Source of the DNA: an uncultured bacterium
GTDB taxonomy: Bacteria; Patescibacteriota; Minisyncoccia; Phycocordibacterales; CAIRYW01
Assembly: GCA_963766885.1 (NCBI GenBank)
Contig: CAVYBO010000001.1
Location: 68,352 to 132,351, forward strand
Direction of reading: 5' to 3'
Length of the DNA: 64,000 nucleotides
Under the pieces are notes generated by a model. It was given only the letters and a program-made list of their open reading frames with translations. It was not told where the DNA came from and searched no databases. The first letter of the stretch is position 1; the number at the start of each line of letters is the position of its first letter. Below, in pieces: positions 60,069 to 64,000 of this stretch. The position numbers were made by a program, and so were the translations under genes.

Positions 60069-61159
60069 TGAAAAAAGTTTTTTTAATCACTCTTTTCATA
60101 CTGGTATTAGTAGCCCTGGTAATTTTTTTCGTACCCAACACCGTTTTTACGGATTCTTTAGTTTCTACTTTAAGTAGCACTGCTTCTACGTCTGTGTCGA
60201 TTTTACCGCAAGCTGTAACTCCAACTCTCGACAAAGCGCTTTATGATCAAGAAATGCTTGCTCTGGCGAACCATCCTATTATTCATACAAAACCAAATGC
60301 AACTTCTACCGCTTCAGCTGCTCCTTCGATAAACTATCTTTGGCCTGTCAAAACAGTGTATCCAAATTATGGAGCGCTTTTACCTTTTAATCGCATTGTT
60401 GCTTATTACGGAAATTTTTATTCAAAACAAATGGGTGTGCTTGGCGAATATCCTCCACAACAAATGCTTACGATGCTTATGAGTGAAGTTAGCAAATGGC
60501 AAGCTGCCGATCCAACAACTCCTGTAATTCCTGCGATTGATTATATTGCAGTTTCTGCCCAGGGTTCGCCTGGAGCGGACGGAATGTATCGCGCGCGAAT
60601 GCCAGCAGACCAAATACAAAAGGCTATTGATTTGGCAAATCAGGTTCACGGAATTGTTTTTCTTGATATTCAAGTTGGCAAAAGCACTGTGGAGACAGAA
60701 GTGCCGTTGCTTGCAGATTATTTAAAAATTCCAAACGTAGAACTTGCCTTGGATCCGGAATTTTCTATGAGTACTTCCGGCAAGAAGCCGGGGACTGTAA
60801 TTGGCACAATGGATGCCAGGGATATAAATTTTGCCGCTAATTTTCTGGCAAATATTGTAAAGCAAAATAATCTGGCGCCAAAAATTTTGGTGGTGCATAG
60901 ATTTACAAACGCTATGGTTACAAATTATCAAAATATCACTCCGCTTCCAGAAGTGCAGGTAGTGATGGATATGGATGGCTACGGCGGACAGCCAAACAAA
61001 ATCAAAGCTTACCACGATGTAATTTATGAAGACCCAGTTCAATTTACTGGCCTAAAACTTTTCTACAAAAACGATATTGCGCCACCAAGCACAGGAATGT
61101 TAAGCACATCTCAAGTCTTGGATCTCCAACCAAAACCTATTTATATTCAGTATCAATAG
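60068..61159 (+). CDS. secreted hypothetical protein (possible glycoside-hydrolase-like TIM-barrel domain)
   Basis: Signal peptide MKKVFLITLFILVLVALVIFF. 363 aa. The pattern FLDIQVGK...ELALDPEF...ILVVHRF is weakly GH-like. Low certainty. Confidence 0.4.
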   Translation: MKKVFLITLFILVLVALVIFFVPNTVFTDSLVSTLSSTASTSVSILPQAVTPTLDKALYDQEMLALANHPIIHTKPNATSTASAAPSINYLWPVKTVYPNYGALLPFNRIVAYYGNFYSKQMGVLGEYPPQQMLTMLMSEVSKWQAADPTTPVIPAIDYIAVSAQGSPGADGMYRARMPADQIQKAIDLANQVHGIVFLDIQVGKSTVETEVPLLADYLKIPNVELALDPEFSMSTSGKKPGTVIGTMDARDINFAANFLANIVKQNNLAPKILVVHRFTNAMVTNYQNITPLPEVQVVMDMDGYGGQPNKIKAYHDVIYEDPVQFTGLKLFYKNDIAPPSTGMLSTSQVLDLQPKPIYIQYQ

Positions 61160-61241
61160 GTTGACAAATCTAAATTTTAATTCTACTATAAAAAACAATT
61201 TGAACTTTTAACTGTCCTAAAGGACTTAGAAAGGAGTCCTC

Positions 61242-61943
61242 ATGGGCTTCTACCTGAATATGCTTTTGCTCAAGCCGCGGGAACATGACTTCGGCATTTT
61301 TGATCCTCCTCAAAGGGGTAAAAAGATCGAAAAGAAATGTACTCTCTGGGAAGTCGAGACGATTCTCAACCTGCAGAGGATATCCTGTCCTCCAAAAGAG
61401 GAAGGATTCAAGCACAAGACCGCCAAGGAACGGGCAGCGCTTCATTTCTTCAACACCTTCTTCGGCAAAGTCACTGAGTATGTGAACTTTGCTGGCCGGG
61501 ATTGCCTTGCTCCTCCGTTCGCAATTATCAAGCCTGCGGAAAAGGAGTTTTTGGCACCGTTTCATTTCTGGAAAGAACAGTTTGTCACAATTGAAGGTGA
61601 GTCGAACTGCTTCATAAAGCCGATTTCCGGCGCCTCAGTCTATGAACAGATTCCTTTCCAGGGATCAATGGAGGAACACAATGACGTCTTGGCAGAAAGC
61701 GATGGTCATGCAGCGACAGCCGACATCATCATGGCAAAGCCATTGGTCTGGGTTTCTTGCGAAATCTTGGCAGAGTGGATTGAGGAAGGTGAAAAGGTTG
61801 ATAGCTTCGTGAAGTTGAAAGAAGACGATCACGAAGCGGCGGCCTACTTCGCCATGTGGAAGGCTTGCGTTGTTGAGATGGGAAACATGGGTGCCAACTG
61901 CCTTTTTCTCTTCGACAGTCTTCACTTCGCAGACGTGGTCTAG
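61242..61943 (+). CDS. hypothetical protein (GC-rich segment; SD AAGGAG present)
   Basis: 233 aa. GAAAGGAG lies 5 nt before the ATG. Followed by the terminator TCGCACACTTTATGGTGTGCGA plus T-run. Confidence 0.35.
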   Translation: MGFYLNMLLLKPREHDFGIFDPPQRGKKIEKKCTLWEVETILNLQRISCPPKEEGFKHKTAKERAALHFFNTFFGKVTEYVNFAGRDCLAPPFAIIKPAEKEFLAPFHFWKEQFVTIEGESNCFIKPISGASVYEQIPFQGSMEEHNDVLAESDGHAATADIIMAKPLVWVSCEILAEWIEEGEKVDSFVKLKEDDHEAAAYFAMWKACVVEMGNMGANCLFLFDSLHFADVV

Positions 61944-61960
61944 TCCAAAGCTTTCGTCAG

Positions 61961-61990
61961 TCGCACACTTTATGGTGTGCGAATTTTTTA
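61961..61990 (+). terminator. rho-independent terminator
   Basis: TCGCACACTTTATGGTGTGCGAATTTTTTA. Confidence 0.55.
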
Positions 61991-62043
61991 TACAAAATTT
62001 TTACGAGCGGAGAGATCATTAAAGTTGACAAATATTTTTAAGA

Positions 62044-62313
62044 TTGTATATTAAAAATATGAAAAAAGTGTTCATTTTCGGAATCATTGATTTGTTTTAC
62101 GTCTTCCTGTCAGGAGATTGTTGGCTGATGTCCACTCTTGATAGTCACTCGGATTTGAAGATGTTTAGCATCGTATTTTTGCTGATAGGGACGGGGTATT
62201 TTTTTGTTTGTTTCTATTATCTTATCAAACAGCCCCGATCGTTAGACTTTATTGGAGACCAGTTTGGCTCCGACGTCGGGGATTTTTTGAAAAAATGGTT
62301 ACCTTCGAAGTAG
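62044..62313 (+). CDS. small membrane protein (2 TM)
   Basis: 89 aa. Preceded by TTGACA-16-TATATT and followed by the GGCAAC...GTTGCC plus T8 terminator. Confidence 0.3.
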   Translation: MYIKNMKKVFIFGIIDLFYVFLSGDCWLMSTLDSHSDLKMFSIVFLLIGTGYFFVCFYYLIKQPRSLDFIGDQFGSDVGDFLKKWLPSK

Positions 62314-62370
62314 GCAACTTAAAATGGTTGCCGATTTTTTTTATATACAAATAAGGGTATAATTTAACAA

Positions 62371-64000
62371 ATGCAAGAAGATCCTAACAAAGTTGTATAT
62401 TTTGCCGAGACGGATTCGCGGAATAAGCGAATAAAATTCGGCATAAAAACTAAAGACCGTTCTCGGCATGTCTATGTTATTGGAAAAACAGGTATGGGAA
62501 AATCAACCCTGCTTGAAAACTTGGCGATTCAGGATATTCAAACTGGCAACGGCTTGGCATTTATTGATCCGCACGGCAAAACCGCCGACCTTTTGCTTGA
62601 ATATGTGCCTGAGCATCGAATGAAAGATGTTTTATATTTTGCGCCGTTTGATATGGACTATCCTGTTTCATTCAACGTGATGGAAGATGTTGGCGCGGAC
62701 AAAAGACACTTAGTGGCAAACGGACTTATGTCTGCGTTCAAAAAAATCTGGGTAGATGCGTGGAGTGCAAGAATGGAATATATTCTCAATAATATTTTGC
62801 TGGCACTTTTGGAATATCCGGATTCAACTTTGATAGGAGTAAACCGAATGCTTGCGGATGAGGGATATCGAAACAAAGTTGTAGAAAATATTACCGATCC
62901 ATCAGTTAGATCTTTTTGGAAAGATGAATTTGCAAAATACGGTCCGCGCTATATGCAGGAAGCAGGTGCCGCAATTCAAAACAAAATTGGACAATTTATT
63001 TCCAATCCATTGGTGCGTAACATTATCGGCCAGCCAAAATCCACTTTTGACATCAGGAAAATAATGGATGAGAAAAAGATTCTTATTATCAACCTCTCAA
63101 AAGGGCGCGTTGGAGAAGCCAACGCAAATCTTTTGGGTTCTATGCTCATTACCAAAATTTATTTGGCTGCAATGAGCAGGGCAGATTTAAACGACGATGA
63201 GCTTGCCAAGCACGCTAATTTTTTCCTTTATGTGGATGAATTCCAAAACTTTGCCAATGAAAGCTTTGCGGATATTTTGTCAGAAGCTAGAAAATATAAA
63301 TTAAATCTGACTGTGGCGCATCAATACATTGAACAAATGACAGAGGAAGTGCGGGCGGCAATTTTTGGAAACGTGGGCACGATGGCGGTCTTTCGTGTAG
63401 GTGCATACGATGCCGAAGTTTTGGAAAAAGAATTTTCCCCGCAGTTTGTGATGGATGATTTGGTTTCCTTAGGTTTTGCTCAAGTGTATCTGAAACTCAT
63501 GATAGATGGTGTAACATCCAAGCCTTTTTCAGCCACAACTCTGCCTCCAGTGCCTCGTCCAGCCAAGACTTTCAGAAAGGAAATTATTGCACTATCAAGA
63601 AAAGCTTATGCAAGGCCAAGAGTTGAGGTGGAAGAAGATATCAAAAAATGGCATGAAGAAGCAAATGAAGGAGGTGAAAAGTTTGAAAGAAAACCAAATC
63701 CTTCAAACAGGCAATTTGATTCTAAAACAAGCGCTCCAAATAATTTCAAAAAGAAATCAGGAATAGACTCGGCTCTGGAGGCGGTACTTGGCAGACCAGC
63801 GACAAAACCCAGTTCAATTCCAGTGTCTGTTCCAAATCCAAATGTTGTTTCCAGCACAACTTCTTCTCCGAATCCAAAAACTTCCAAAGAGGTTGAAGCT
63901 TTGAAAAGAGAAAAGGAGCTTCGCAAAGCGGTATCACTCAGCTATTTAAAACAAAATACAAGGCAAGAAAAAGAGAAAAAAGTTCCAAGTCCAGAACATG
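62371..64000 (+). CDS. TraD/VirD4-like type IV coupling-protein ATPase, 3'-partial
   Basis: HVYVIGKTGMGKSTLLENLAIQDIQTGNGLAFIDPHGKTADLL (Walker A plus IDPHG), FFLYVDEFQNF (Walker B-like) and an S/T/P/K-rich C-terminus. The ORF runs off the window and is absent from the ORF track because it has no stop. Confidence 0.5.
   Translation, partial: MQEDPNKVVYFAETDSRNKRIKFGIKTKDRSRHVYVIGKTGMGKSTLLENLAIQDIQTGNGLAFIDPHGKTADLLLEYVPEHRMKDVLYFAPFDMDYPVSFNVMEDVGADKRHLVANGLMSAFKKIWVDAWSARMEYILNNILLALLEYPDSTLIGVNRMLADEGYRNKVVENITDPSVRSFWKDEFAKYGPRYMQEAGAAIQNKIGQFISNPLVRNIIGQPKSTFDIRKIMDEKKILIINLSKGRVGEANANLLGSMLITKIYLAAMSRADLNDDELAKHANFFLYVDEFQNFANESFADILSEARKYKLNLTVAHQYIEQMTEEVRAAIFGNVGTMAVFRVGAYDAEVLEKEFSPQFVMDDLVSLGFAQVYLKLMIDGVTSKPFSATTLPPVPRPAKTFRKEIIALSRKAYARPRVEVEEDIKKWHEEANEGGEKFERKPNPSNRQFDSKTSAPNNFKKKSGIDSALEAVLGRPATKPSSIPVSVPNPNVVSSTTSSPNPKTSKEVEALKREKELRKAVSLSYLKQNTRQEKEKKVPSPEH

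Noticed and set aside
61170-61565. ORF 61170..61565- antisense to the GC-rich 61242 gene
   Set aside because: The plus-strand ORF is longer, has an SD and a downstream terminator. The antisense frame is open because of GC richness.

Overview
This 64-kb window is AT-rich with short intergenic spacers. It carries housekeeping genes: glyA, tmk, argS, ileS, glyQS, metG, rpsF-ssb-rpsR, efp, recA, ftsK, rplJ-rplL, rodA, secDF and rsmI. Most genes lack a Shine-Dalgarno sequence. The content and the rRNA features fit a small-genome Patescibacteria/CPR-like bacterium; this is inference from sequence, not a database result. The rRNA genes are unlinked. A 23S-tRNA-Lys-5S unit at about 39.5-45.5 kb has its own consensus sigma70 promoter. 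A separate 16S unit lies about 10.5 kb downstream. The 23S is split by four group-I-like introns. Two carry LAGLIDADG homing endonuclease ORFs; a third, related intron carries a 73-aa ORF that is not an endonuclease. The 16S has an ~84-nt expansion in helix 40. Its 3' end reads GGAUUAUUUC instead of GGAUCACCUCCUUA, so it has no CCUCC anti-SD. An RraB-like gene sits beside the 5S gene, bracketed by a ~47-bp direct repeat of the 5S 3' end. IleS carries two in-frame insertions, one of which is a complete histidine phosphatase (PGAM-like) domain. Many short segments are visibly GC-richer than their surroundings, and each is usually bracketed by hairpin terminators. They include a relic purine-biosynthesis island (a truncated purH and a divergent purM), small secreted or membrane ORFs, a GNAT gene and hypothetical genes. 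Two of these segments carry canonical SD sequences, which suggests horizontal acquisition. A cluster of three large secreted proteins at 27-34 kb comprises an S/T-rich wall protein with a peptidoglycan-binding domain, a PKD plus lamin-tail-domain protein, and a beta-helix fused to an LCAT-like lipase. A type-IV-pilin-like LamG protein lies next to glycosylation genes. The window ends in a partial VirD4/TraD-like ATPase. recA and secD each carry an apparent +1 frameshift. No CRISPR array was seen.
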